Shown here in pieces: positions 27,305 to 41,000 of a stretch of DNA of 64,000 nucleotides (within the stretch, counting starts at the first letter, position 1; every line of letters begins with the position of its first letter). A program made the position numbers and the translations under genes. Source of the stretch: Gnetum montanum (taxonomy: Eukaryota; Plantae; Gnetophyta); NCBI GenBank assembly GCA_015680685.1, contig MNCI01000737.1, positions 678,440-742,439 on the forward strand. The letters run 5' to 3'. The notes under the pieces are model-generated. The model ran no database searches and was not told where the DNA came from. It worked only from the letters and a program-made list of their open reading frames with translations.

Positions 27305-27890
27305 CTATAATTTATTAAGATTTCAATGCAAAAACATTTTTAATATATTAAAATTTGAATTATCTTAATGTTTTTTGTGAGTTCTAAAGTCTCATTTTGG
27401 CCGTGTGTCCTAAGGTGACCCTATGAAAATTTTAATGCAAAAACATTTTTATTTTAACAAAAAGACATTGGTGCTAGTAGGACAACCCTTACCTACATAG
27501 GAGGATAAATGTAACCCATTATACAATAGTGCAGAAATATATTTAACACCATGAAATTTGAATTATCTTTTATTTTTTGAGAGTGTTCTTTTAAAGTCTC
27601 ATATTGGCTATATTTTCTAAGGTGTACTTATTCTAGTTAAATTATTTAGATTCTAAAAACACCCGTCTGATTTCATATACTCCTCAAGGCAAATGAACAA
27701 TTCATAAGAGTTATATTTACCAAAGTAGTACTAGTTTTGCAGTTGACTAAATACTGTAATTTTGAAAATTTCAATGCAAAAACTTATTTAACATTGTCAA
27801 ATTTAAATTATCTTAATGCTTTCTTTTCTTTAATTTTTTTTTTAAATTTGAGTTCTTTTAAAGTTTCATATTAACAATATTTTTTAGGGT
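27305..27890 (+). repeat. Degenerate repeat array
   Basis: Recurrent TTTCAATGCAAAAAC, AAATTTGAATTATCTT and AAAGTCTCAT; 27670-27740 also resembles 24900-24967 on the other side of the LINE. Confidence 0.55.
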
Positions 27891-28689
27891 CAAATTGGTT
27901 GGGTTTTGGTAATACCCTTTTCCATTAAATTTAACAATTATTTAAAGTGATTATATACTAACTAGTTTAGCTATATATTTATGATATATATCTATGATTT
28001 AGCAAAGAGAATTTTTTATATTTTTCAAATTAAAAATGTTAAATTGTTTTCCTAAGAATTGATTTTCCAAGGACAATGTCCAAGTTACAAAGTAGTTGGA
28101 CTCTCACAAATAATAATTCCATGAAAAAGTTCATATCTAATCCCAATATTATCAAGATAATCATTTATTTACCATGGAAAAATCCCAAAAAAAATGACCA
28201 AGAGAGCACCCCCTTAATCATTACCACCATAAGAAGAGGAATCTCCTGGATGGAGCTGGTAATGGGCCTCTAAGCCAAAATGACTAAAATTCAATATTTC
28301 ATTGATTAGCCTATTTTAGTTGGAGGCACTAATTGGCATGTTTTTGGGGTTGTGTAGGGTGGGAGATTAGAACTAGATTTGAGGGTTGAGGGGGAGGGGG
28401 TAATGGTAGAACCAAAAAAAAAATTTAGCATTATTTATCCCTAAGCCATATAGGCAACTTTAAACTTACATAATACTTGAGTAGAACTTTATAACTCAAT
28501 GCTATCTATTGGAATCAAACCCATAACTTATCTTCCAATTAATATAAGATGAATTTTGTAGTTATTTGACTCATTTCAAGTGCATATCTTCTTTAAAGGT
28601 AAATAGATAGGGTGTTGGAACCCAAAAGACTCCCTGAAGAATATAATAATGCCTTGAGTATTGGCCGGGGGGGTGGGGGTGTCAGACCC

Positions 28690-29540
28690 CGAAAAGAAGT
28701 TTTATTGAAATTAAAGGTGCATCAATTACAACAACTTGAATAAGTCATAGGGTTAAGGGAAGGGGAAAACTGAGAGCATCGTGAATGACACTCGGGAAAC
28801 ACCTTAGAAATAAACGAGTATTAGAGGAGGTACCCCAAGTTGGGGCACAACCAAATGTTTGCACAGACTAGCTTTTTACAAAATAGAATGACATAGAATT
28901 AGATGAGGCAAAGAGCTCTCAATTAAGGATAGAGGGAATGCCAATGGTGAATCCACATAAGGAAAACTTCCTTGCAGAGATTACTGATGCTAAGTGTAAC
29001 TGAAACACATAGGTCTTTCCCATAGNNNNNNNNNNNNNNNNNNNNNNNNNNNNNNNNNNNNNNNNNNNNNNNNNNNNNNNNNNNNNNNNNNNNNNNNNNN
29101 NNNNNNNNNNNNNNNNNNNNNNNNNNNNNNNNNNNNNNNNNNNNNNNNNNNNNNNNNNNNNNNNNNNNNNNNNNNNNNNNNNNNNNNNNNNNNNNNNNNN
29201 NNNNNNNNNNNNNNNNNNNNNNNNNNNNNNNNNNNNNNNNNNNNNNNNNNNNNNNNNNNNNNNNNNNNNNNNNNNNNNNNNNNNNNNNNNNNNNNNNNNN
29301 NNNNNNNNNNNNNNNNNNNNNNNNNNNNNNCAAGACATATAGATTGAGGAAAGGAGGAAGAGAAACCGTGTTGACTGAGACTATTATAGAGGAAACATGT
29401 TAAACTTAGCATTCCATAGGGTGTGGAAATGCATTCCAAAGATCAACCATTTGTTGAAATGTGTGTATCTTTTCTTGGATGTGGATTGTGGAATGAGAAC
29501 AAAGGTGGAAGAAAGAGAAAAAAAGCCAAATGGTGTAGAA
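28690..29540 (-). mobile_element. Probable LINE 3' fragment, spanning a gap
   Basis: LINE-like Trp/His/Phe-rich degenerate coding; ends in CAATAAAA on the minus strand near 28700. Confidence 0.35.
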
Positions 29541-29622
29541 AACAATGGCTTAAATAGGAGACTTGCTTCTGAAGCGAGGCTTGATGATGGTGATTATTAG
29601 GATCTCCGATATGACTCCATGG

Positions 29623-29766
29623 CTGAAAGCCCCAGCAAAAGCAAGTGCTGTATACTCGCCTAAACACAAATCACATGTAACATCAACTGAATCAATAATA
29701 TTTTGGCCTCCATCACGAGCTCGTAACAACTCTACTACAGCCAAGCTTGTAACATATATTGCAAGC
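29623..29766 (-). pseudogene. Isolated exon of malonyl-CoA:ACP transacylase (FabD/MCAT)
   Basis: LAIYVTSLAVVELLRARDGGQNIIDSVDVTCDLCLGEYTALAFAGAFS matches plant MCAT, but the catalytic GLSLG is altered to DLCLG. It is preceded by a TTTTGTCAG acceptor, and no other exons were seen. Confidence 0.85.
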
Positions 29767-30139
29767 TGACAAAACTAGCAAAGGGACATTGCCTTGAGTA
29801 TGATTCAAACTAGCAATCTTTTAGCTAACAAAACAATGATATAATCACTTAATGGATAATTCTAACCAGCTTTGACAATTTGGCTAAATCCTAAGTGCTA
29901 GACAAAATTTCTCTGACATTTCTGGGTAAAGTTATTAAAAATAAAAATAAAAAAGCTCAAGCAATTAAAAGTTTAACTCGGGGTTTGCAAAATGCTAATG
30001 CTATTGGTGGACGTGGCTCTGAACCTTACTGAAAGAGAGATTTTTTTTTAGCCTTACACGTTGAGCGTTATAAAGTTTTCAGTTTAGGCCACTATTTCAA
30101 ACTTTTAAGTGACGTTTCCCTAGTTGAAGACAAGCAGCA

Positions 30140-30408
30140 TGTCCCAATTTTTTTCAAAAAATTTTCCCTTTTTAACAGCAGGCAAAATTTTGCTGATTAG
30201 CAAAATCCAATTTTTTTTAATTTTCCCTATTTAACCGCGCACACAATTTTGGGGATTAGCAAAACCCAATTGCTCTTTTATTTTCGCTTTTTAACGGCAC
30301 ACACAATTTTGGGAATAGCAAAATCCAAGTTGGATTAAGTTACGATGAGGATCAAGTCACATTTATTTTAGCAAATTCCAAGTTGGATTAAGTTACGATG
30401 AAGATCAA
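30140..30408 (+). repeat. Tandem repeats in the fructokinase upstream region
   Basis: Three ~60-bp units (TTTAAC.GC...CAATTTT...TAGCAAAA.CCAA) followed by two copies of TCCAAGTTGGATTAAGTTACGATGARGATCAA. Confidence 0.7.
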
Positions 30409-30604
30409 TTCAAATTTATTTCGTCTCGCTGGAACGGATAAGGATAAAAACCAAAAACGCAACACCGACTATTGGGATGGTCCAGTTTGAGAAAGTTGGA
30501 TGTCTCAGTATTCTTATGTTTAGTCAAGATCATAAATTCTTTTTTAATACTTATATTTTGTAGAATTCCCATGCATTGCATGCACGCACCACGCAACAGC
30601 GCCT

Positions 30605-30611
30605 ATAAATT
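30605..30611 (+). promoter_or_regulatory. TATA box of the fructokinase gene
   Basis: TATAAAT about 150 bp upstream of the ATG. Confidence 0.55.
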
Positions 30612-30758
30612 CTGTCTCGCAGCTCTTCCATTTCCCTATCACAAAGTAGTTGCAGTTGCAGATTCATCATCGATCTGAATTATCATCAATTCACAGCGAA
30701 TCAGCAATTTTTGGCGATAAATTTCTTTTCGAGTTTGGCTCTCAGAACTCCAGCAACA

Positions 30759-33692
30759 ATGGCCGGCGTGAACAGTAGTAGGTTTCTGTTTTTATCGATT
30801 TTGTTGTGTTTTCGGTCCCGGGTTTCTTTCCGGATCTTGGTTGAGACTTTTTCTCCTTTTTTCTGAATCCCATCAAAATGTATGAAATCTCATCCAAATC
30901 AGAACTTGTACTCTACGTTTTGTGGGATTTTATTTTTCTCTTCTTTTTCCATATCTGCTGCTTGATTGGCACTGCTGACCTCTCAAGTATCAGTTTAGTG
31001 CTTAGACGAGTGTATAAAATCCTTGATAGTCTGGTTGTGGGTGACATTCATATAGCAAATATATCCTCTTTTTTCCTTGTCAAAGGCTGCCCTGCAACTC
31101 ATTCGTTGGTTTGGAATCTCTGGAATATTATTGGGCAACTTAGATTTTCTTCAGAGATGCCGTCATGTATGGATCATGGCCTCCTGTTTTTTGAACATGT
31201 TTTTGTTTGATTCTGCGTGAATAACGGCTTTCATAGATTTTTTTTTTCGGTTTATAGTTTTGATTTGTCTGGGGATTGGTTTTATAAAATTTGGTCTTTT
31301 GTTTTTTTGGGTTTTTATTTGTACTGGAATTATATCTGGGTCTATCGTTCATTGGAAGAATGTATTCTTACATATGAATCTTGTTTATTGTTGGGTAAGT
31401 TTCAGAAGTTATAACAGTACTGATTTTTTTGGGTTTTTTTTTTTTTGCTTTGCAGCAAATGTTAGTGTTCCAACTAACAGTTCTGAATTAATAGTCTCCT
31501 TCGGAGAAATGTTGATTGATTTTGTGCCTACTGTTAATGGCGTATCGTTGGCTGAAGCCCCTTCATTTAAGAAGGCCCCCGGTGGTGCACCTGCAAACGT
31601 TTCTGTTGGCATTGCCAGGCTTGGTGGAGAATCTGCCTTCGTTGGCAAGGTATTTAATTTCTGGGATTCCCTGATAATTGAATCTTGGATATTTAGTTTC
31701 AGAATTTATTAGTATTTTGGTATTTTTGTCTCGTCATTATGTTTATATTCATTTTTTTTCTAATTTTAAATTTGAATGAGAAGGTGTTTAATTCCTGGGA
31801 TTCTCTGAAAGTTTGATCTTGGATATATAGTTTCAGAATTTGTTAGTGTTTTAGTATTTTTGCCTGGTCTTGTATTTATCTTTGCCTAGTCACTTCTTTT
31901 TTCTAAGATTTGTATAAGAATGCACTTAATTCCTGGTATTCTTCAATAATTTGATCGTCGATATTTAGTTTCAAAATTTATTAGTGTTCCGGTATTTTTG
32001 TCGGGTCATTATATTTGCCTGATCGTTTCTTTGTTTAGAGTTGCATGAAAAGGTAATTTGTTTTAGAGAAACTTAGATCTGATGAAATTGTTTCGTTATT
32101 GTTGGGTTTTGATCTGATTAGTTTGTTTACTGATTTTTTGAAGGTGGGCGATGATGAATTTGGGCACATGTTGGCTGACACATTGAAGGAAAATGGGGTG
32201 AATGGAGATGGAATCCTTTTCGACAGCCATGCAAGAACTGCTTTGGCATTTGTATCTTTGAAAGAGGATGGAGAGAGACAGTTCATGTTTTACAGAAATC
32301 CGAGTGCTGATATGCTGCTAAAAGAGGCCGAACTTAATGTCGATTTACTCAAGAAGGTATAAAATCTTAAGATCCAGCTCCTCCGAATTCACATTAGAAA
32401 AAGAACTACTGTTCTTAAAAATCTATACAGAATGGGTACAGATCAGATCTATAGCTGCATTTACAGGGATTTTTATTTAATTCACATATAAAGAATTCTG
32501 TACAGATCTGCATTTACAGTGGTAGAGATTTTTTTGTCATATTTGTCTTATGCATTGCATAATTTCCAGGCACGGATATTTCACTATGGATCAATAAGTT
32601 TAATTGCAGAGCCATGTAGATCAGCTCACATTGCAGCATTAAAGATTGCAAAGGAAGCTGGTGCTCTTCTGTCCTACGATCCTAACCTTCGTCTGCCTCT
32701 GTGGCCTTCTGCAGAGGAGGCTCGCAAGGGTATTCTCAGCATTTGGAATACTGCAGATGTTATTAAGGTAATTTAGAGTTTAAGTGTACCCTTTTTCTTC
32801 GTCATGCTAATTGACATCATTATTTAGGGATGTGTTAATTCTTTATTTGTTGATTTTATTCTCAAGCAAGACCAGCATTGAGCTCTGGATAATGACCTAA
32901 TTGAGATGATTATTTAGGGTTGTGTTATTATAACGCTAATTGAAATGATTATTTAGGGTTGTGTTAGATTCTTTATTTATTACTTTTATTCCTTGTTGGG
33001 GATTACAGGTTAGTGATGATGAAGTTGACTTCATCACAAATGGGAAAAGTTATGATGACAAGGAGGTCATTGACTCGCTTTTCCACCCTGATTTGAAGCT
33101 CCTCCTCATCACTGAGGGAAAGAATGGATGCAGATATTACACCAAGGTAAAATTTATATTCAATCTGAAACAGTGAAGTTATTCTTTCATTTTTGTTTTT
33201 GTTTTTATCTACTTTCATTTCATGGTTTTTTCGTTTTTCTTTTTCCTTTGTGTGAATACAGGAATTCAGTGGGAAAGTGTCCAGCTTGGTGGTTGAATCA
33301 ATTGATGCAACCGGTGCTGGTGATGCATTTGTTGCAGCTCTGTTAACTCACTTGGTGAAGGATAGAACCATTTTTAAGGTACAGATTCACTTTGATACTT
33401 TAAAATTTGTTTTTGTTAATATCTTAAATATTTTGTTTAAACTTTTGCTGATCCATTAACCTGTCAGCATTTAAGCTCCCAACAATGATCCTTTTTGATC
33501 GAAACATTTTTTCCCTCATCCTGAATGTGTTTTGTTTTGTTTTTTTTTTCTCTTTTTCTCCAGGATGAGAAAAAGCTTGTGGATGCATTGAAATTTGCTA
33601 ATGTTGCTGGAGCAATTACCACAACACAAAGGGGTGCCATTCCTGCCCTGCCCACCAAGCAGGCAGTATTGGATCTGATCAAGAAGAATTAA
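30759..33692 (+). CDS. FRK: Fructokinase (pfkB family); exons 30759-30777, 31456-31649, 32144-32356, 32570-32767, 33009-33146, 33262-33378, 33564-33692
   Basis: [74 protein letters not shown]. All introns are GT-AG and in phase. No transit peptide, so probably cytosolic. Exon 1 is less certain. Confidence 0.95.
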
Positions 33693-35059
33693 AGTTCACA
33701 TTCAATTTGTTGGTTTTTTTGTCCTGTTTTGGGGTGTGAAACAGAGCATATATTTTTGCTCTTTGGCATTGCTGGTATCCACAGCAACAATAATCTGCCT
33801 CTGCAGAAGCTGACAATATTTCACATTTAGGATATCATTTACCGAATCCGGCATTTCATCGAAGTGCTCATTATGGATCTTGAGTTGGACAGTAATTTGC
33901 AAAATTATGTCTGAATTGGGTTTATTTTTTATTGTGGGTTAAACGGCAAATTTGAGATCATAAATTTAGTTTATTGTTTCGTTCGATAATGCGCCTGTGA
34001 AATAACTATTTTAGTTCATTCCATGTTGCAAACTGGAGCTACTTATGGCTTTCGTCCTTGAATTTTATTTTCTTTATTTTTGCGAAGGTTCTGTTCTGTT
34101 ATTTTGCCCCTTCAAAATTTTGCTGGCTAGTATGAAACTCTGCTTTATCAATTTTTGTCAGTTAACTCTAAGCTTGCGATCAAACCGAAATTGAAATCAA
34201 ATTCAGAAATCAGATCAGGGATAGATTGAGCATTTAACCAAAACTTTAATGAGATTATTGGCTTATTAAGCTAAGACTTACATCAAAGATTGAAAATCAC
34301 GAAGCATTTTGTTCGTTCTCAATTTCTCAAATTCTGCGTATCACTTTTCCACATGTTCCAGACCGTTTGTTACGGGAGAATGTGTTCTCGGGAATTCTAA
34401 TTTTACTTGAATAAGATTTTTGAGACGGTTTCTTGAAATTCTAATTTGTTTTCTTTCTCTTCGCCTTCCAACTTTACTTATTTCTCAGTGATTTCTGTTA
34501 CCTTTGGTCTTCATCTTTAAATTTTGTTTGTATTTTTCACATTATTTTCACTTGCCATGTATATTTAGGTTTTTCTTCTTCTTTCTGTCCTCTCAGGCTC
34601 GGCATTTATTTTTGAGGTTCTAGGGGTTGTCTTCCAACAGATTCTATCGTGCAACTTGGGGTTTGTCAACGAACAAATTCCAATGTGCAACGTGTACCAC
34701 TAAACTTTCTCAGCGGAATTACTTCTTTTCTATCATCCTAGTCCAACAACATGGGTTAGATTTATCCTTGAGATGAAGAGTTTATCTTCCTCAATAAGGT
34801 AAGGAAATTTAAATTACTTCTAGATTTTTCTATATCTTAGCTTTGTCTTATCAAAATGGCTGTATCTTAGCCATCCTACACAAGTTGGTATTTCACCAAC
34901 CAAAGCTTTTTATTGCTACATATCTAAAATGATGAAAATGATGTAATAGGGCTGATAACCTTTTGAATTGTTGCAATTTTTTTGGCTTATTATTAATATT
35001 CACCCTTTGTATAAGTTTTCTCCATTTCTACAATTTCATGCCTCTTTTTTACAACTAAT

Positions 35060-38000
35060 AACACAACCCACATCACATAGAGTCTTGAATTGGGTAGAAT
35101 ATGCAAAATCATGGCACTCATCAAAGATTGGTTAGAAGCATAGTGAGAATGCCTTAGCCAACATGCATGCATAAAAGACCTAGGACATACACATGCATAT
35201 GCATGACACATCATAACACAACATGATCCAAGACAACATGACACAATAACAAGAATGAGCTAGAGAGGCAAAGCCTCCCCAACAAGCCTACATATGCTTG
35301 TGATGTAGTTCATTTGGAATCAAGGCCATGTGCTTTTTTTGTGATGATTATCATAGCATGGAACTTGTAAGGATCTACTAATAAGACATATTTTCCTATA
35401 CCCTCTTGCTTGAAAGATGTGATATCCTCAAAGCTTAAGTCTTTGTTTGTATGCTTTCTAAATGTGGAGAGCACATTGAATATAGAGGGACTTCAAACAA
35501 GAAATAGCCTTTTCAATAGTTGCATATAAGAAGGTCTAGCAATTAGGGTTATTTAACCATAAAGCATGAATGTGGAACTTAACTTAATATCCAATAAAGG
35601 CTTAAAGATGTTCACATACCCCAAGTTTAGAAATAAAAGATTTGTCCTTTTTCATGCAAAATATACCAAACTTTCTACCTAAAGTGAATTTGATGAGTCA
35701 TGATTTGCCTGGCCCTGATATCGAATATCAAGCCCTTAGATGCGTTATTGGATATCCGATATCGGGGGTATGGGCTAGCCTGTAAATATGGTGCTTGGGC
35801 ACATGGTTTGGGCATTAGTTTTTGCATAGAGTAACGAAGTTATTGTAGTTTAGTCATTCCATAGTTAGAATATTTCTGAGTGCTTGCAGTAGGAGTGAGT
35901 GTTACGAACCTTTATTCGAGCATTGATGTACTTGAGCACAGCAATGTGATAGGAATAAATATGAGCCCTTTTGATAATCCTTGCATCATTGAGAATATAT
36001 TAATGTTTCATTTAATGCCATTTGATATTCTTGCACTTTACTTTAACGCACTTTAATTAAGCACGACTACTTCGAGCATACATATAGTACTTGGTAACCT
36101 AGAAATGCTTAACGTTTGGTAACCAGTGGGCCTATATGTGTTCAAGATGTGTCTAGGAAAGTGGAATGGGTACTTGTGTTAGGCTAGTTAGATAGTAGAA
36201 TAATTAGATATTAAATTCCTTTGCCTTCCATTCTTGTTTTAGTCGGTTAAATTTATAAAATATAAAATAATAAAAATCATATGCCTCACTTTGAACTAAA
36301 TCATACGTGACAAAGCTACCACTAGTCCAAGTGGGAAGACAACGAACTGTGATTAAGACATAACAATCTAGATGCCACAACTAGTCCCATCCACACATTC
36401 GACCAGATCGTGTGTGAACTCTTGTGATTCGTATGGTTGGGGGTAGGGGTACCTTGCCACTCATCAAAATTCTACTCACTTGACATGCAAACTAGTTCTA
36501 TACCTCTAGTAGTGATACAAGAAAGTAGAGTCAACCCTCTACATCCAAGTGGAAACTACTTCATACCTTGGTGGAAGCACTCCCCATGCTTAGTGGTAGC
36601 CTAATCCTAACATGAGCAAAGCATCTTTGGAACTTTAGCCTCATTGTGGCATCACCCAATTTCTTAATTAAGAGGAAACACACTAGTTCTCTAACTCTTA
36701 GAAGTAGCTCATCTTGGATCCACTTAGCACCATTTGGGTTATCTTACTTTCACCAATTTTTTTTATAGACAACAATATGTCTCCCAAATGCTATGACTTT
36801 CAACATGAACTAGCAACACTAGTGTGGCCACCCCCATAGATCCACAAAGGTAGATCAATATGATTCTCTGCATAGAAGATTACAATGAGTGTCTCCCTAA
36901 GAGTATGCTTGTCCTCCCAGGTATCCTCCTTTGAGAACGTGCCTTGCCAATGAACCAAAAATTCCACCTTTTGATCAAGAGCACATCCAATGGTATGCAT
37001 GTTGACAATGTAATGAATTTTTTATTCTTTCACAACCTCAATGTTTAGAGGCCCATGGATCCTTATCTTTGCTGGATTGACATTTAAAAGATTGAACTTT
37101 TTCAACATGAAAACATGAAATATCGGATGACACTTGCTAGATATGCTAGCAACTACAACTTGTATGCAGGAATATCCATATAAGTAAGGATCTTGAAAGG
37201 TTCATCATAGCACCTTAAGAACTTCTAACTTGCATCCTTCTTTTACCTCAACTACCTTGCATAATCCATCTTCAAGAGAGTTAACTTCTCGACATCAAAC
37301 TACACAAGTTTATGTTTGCTATCACTATACTTTTTCATACGATGAATAGACTTTTTCAAATACAATCCAACCATCTAAATATGATCTATCCATGAATTCA
37401 CAAACTTATCAACTAAAGGATTTTGACTTTGATATAAGAAAACAACAATTGGAGTTGGTTGGCACCTCAAGGCTAACTCTATTGGAGAAAATCTCATGGC
37501 AAAGGACTCATGAATGTTGTAATTGAATTGTGCCACAACTAATAGAGTTACTCAATTTTTTTGATTAAACTAAATGAAATGTTTCAAGTACTCCTCCAAA
37601 ACCCTATTCACTCATTCTATTTATCCATCTATTTGCAGATGATATTCCAAAGATATTCACAGCTTCGTACCCATCATGTTAAATAACTTCCTCTAAAAAT
37701 CTCTCATGAAATAAGAGTCTTGATCAAACAAAATGTTGGTTGGAAATCCAAAGTAGTGAACCACATGATTAAATAATAAAGATGTCACATTCTCAGTCAT
37801 GCAAGGTGTTGGGCATAGAGTGAAAATGGCATACTTAGAGAACTTGTCCATAACGACAAGAATGTTGAAAAATCCCTACATAATGAGAAGCCTAATGATA
37901 AAATCCATGGAAACACTTATTCATGAAAGCTCTAGAATCTCCAAGGGGTGGAGTAAATCATTTGGTCTCTCACTGGAACTCTTATCTTATTGACAAACCA

Positions 38001-41000
38001 AACTGCTTCACACAAAATTTGTCACATCAGCTCCCAAACTTGGCCAATAGAAATTTCTTTCTATCAACTCCATTGTTCATTTGTACCCCAAATAGCTTAC
38101 CTAAAGAGTGCTATGACATTCATCAATGATTTGAAAATGCAAAGCATCCTAGTCTAGAACATGGAGTATGTTTTGTTTGAATATGAATAATTCATCCCCT
38201 TCATTGAAATTTGAATCATCGCCTCCTCCAACCAATTCAAAAATTACTAAGTAGATGAATCATGATGTAGTTTGTCTTGAATTTTCTCTCATAGTTCATG
38301 GTCAACCACCATCCAGGGGTTATTAGGTTGATCCATAACTTTTATCGAATACACTTAAGGACTTTAACTTAACAAATCTTCCACCACATTCTCTTTACCT
38401 AGTTGATACACAAATTGAAGGTTAAACTCTTATAGTAAACTCAACCACCAAGCTTGCTTTAGCTTTAACTTGAATTTATTAAGAAGGTAACTTGTGGTAG
38501 TGTTGTTTATTTTTATTATCATGGGACCATCTAGCACATAGTATCAACACATGCAAAGACAATGCATAATGGCAAATGTCTCATTTTCATGCATCAACCA
38601 TAATTGTTTTATGGGATTCAACTTCTTCAATTAGAATGTCACTTGGTGATTATCTTATAAGAGAACTCTTCTATTGTCTCATCTTAAGCATTAGTGTGAA
38701 CTTTAAATGGCTTTAAGAAGTCAAGGAGGAGTAACATAGGTTGGATTGTAAAGGTTGTCCTAGTCTTGTCAAATGCTTCTTAACAGTTATCACTTCATTC
38801 CTAAGAAACATCATTCTTTTGTAGTTTCATTATGGTTGTTGTTACTCTAAAGAACCCATGAACAAACTTATTGTAAATGTTGGTCAATCCCAAGAATCGG
38901 CTTGACCCATGCATTTTCTTCAAAATAGGCCATGTGGCAATGACATCCATCTTCTTCAAATCTAGCTTCACCCTACTTTCACCAATGATATGACCAAGGA
39001 ACTTCAAATCTATCTTCTCAAACTTGCACTCCTACTACTTGAGATACAACTTATGCTCTCATAATTTGGAGAACACCAACTCCAAGTGTTAAAGATGTTT
39101 TTTCATAAAATGAGAATACATAAGAATGCTATTGAGGTATATCACCACAAACTTATCAAGGTAATGGTCGAACACTTTGTTCATGAGTGTGCAAAAGATG
39201 GCAAGAGCATTACCCTACTCAAAAGGCATGATGTCCTCTTGTATGAGCTATAACAAGTGACATCTATTATCTTCTCCTCATCCTTGCAACAATGCACACT
39301 TGATAGAATCCTTGGTGAAGCTTGAGTCAATAAAAAAAATCAAGCCCTTGCTAGTTGATCAAACAAGTTTGACACCAAAGATAACCAATGCCTATTCTTG
39401 ATGGTGAAATTATTTAGAAGCTTAAAATCATAACATAACCTTAAGGAGTGACTCATTTTCTTTGCAAACAACACTTAAGCTCCATATGAAGATTTTGAGG
39501 GTCTAATATAATCCTTCTCTACCAAGCTTGTCAATTGCTTCTTTAACTCCTCTAGTTTAGGGGTAGTTATTTTGTAAGAGTGTTACATAGGAGGGGTAAT
39601 TCTAGTTAGCACCTCTATCTTGTGGTCCATCACTTATCTTTTCAGAAACTCATTGAGAAAATCTATTAACATTAGGTTCTTATAACTCCATAAAATCTCT
39701 TTGATCTACACATCCATCTGGGTTGAGCCATTCATGTCCATCTTGCTCAACACCGTTAGGAATATTTGTTCAATTAGATCCTGAGAAATCCTCTTCATTA
39801 CTAGTGGCGACATAATTTAGACTTCATGGAGCATGCTAGTTACCCTTAGTGCATAGCTCTTCATTGCATAGGATGACCACTCATGTGAGATGTAAAGAAC
39901 ATCAAGGTATGAGCCAACTTATAACTTTACCTTCTTTAAGAACTCTTGTTCAAGGTTGGGTTAAAAAGAATCAATGTCCAGGATTGAGAAATCCAACTTT
40001 TCATTTCACTATCCCATTCTCACTTCCACATTTTTCACCATTCTAGTACATTTGATTAGGTGGAACTTAACTAATCTATACAATGTTAAAGTTGATTTGA
40101 CTCACAATTTGAGGATGTGAGCAATTTCTAGTGAAATAAAGTTATGGTTGACACTTGTGTCAACTAAGGCATCCACTATCTTTAAAGAAAACTATACTGG
40201 AACTAGTTATACTAAATGTAAGTTGGTTTCTTGCTTTAGCTGCTCTCCTTAAACATTTTGTTGAATTACCATCAAGCTGTAAGATATTTGTTCCATCACA
40301 CCAAGCATTCCAATCTTTTACCTATTTTCATTTACATCAGTTACCCATAATTAAGTTTATGGTTGTTACTCAAGAGCGTTGAATTGTCGTCCATCATTTA
40401 AACCCCTTCTAGCTAGTCATTGATTTGGGTTCTAATGATAATATTATGCAACATGATTTTTAAGCAGATGAAGCACCTTATGCCTAAAGGCATTGAAGGA
40501 TTATTCATGGGTCCCCCAAAAGCACAAGTACTTATCTTCAAACTTGTTATGATCTTCAAGAGATTGACTCTTCCTGTTACCCTGGTAAGAATCTTGGGAT
40601 CCAAGGGTAATGATAGGGGCATGGACCTTGAAAGTCACCACGAAAGCTCCTTTCTCCAAATCCATCAACTTTGTGACTCATCTTCTTTGGTTCAAAGATG
40701 CATCTATCCATTCTCTCCTACTTCTAAGGCTTGGAATCAACCACCAAATTGGCAGGTAACTCAATCATCTTCCCATAGTTTATGATCTTATGGGTTTTGA
40801 TTTTCCACTAGATCTAAGGCTTCAAGCCATTAAAAAGAGTCAATACTTTTCTTATCTCATTGATGTCAGTGACCCACAAGACCAGGTCCTAGTACTCACT
40901 AATGTAATCTTCTAGCCTCCTAGCTTGCTAGATTTCCTTTAACTTTATTCAAGTCTTGTCAATGGAATTTCCTAGGTGAAAGTTTTTTATCAAGACAGTT

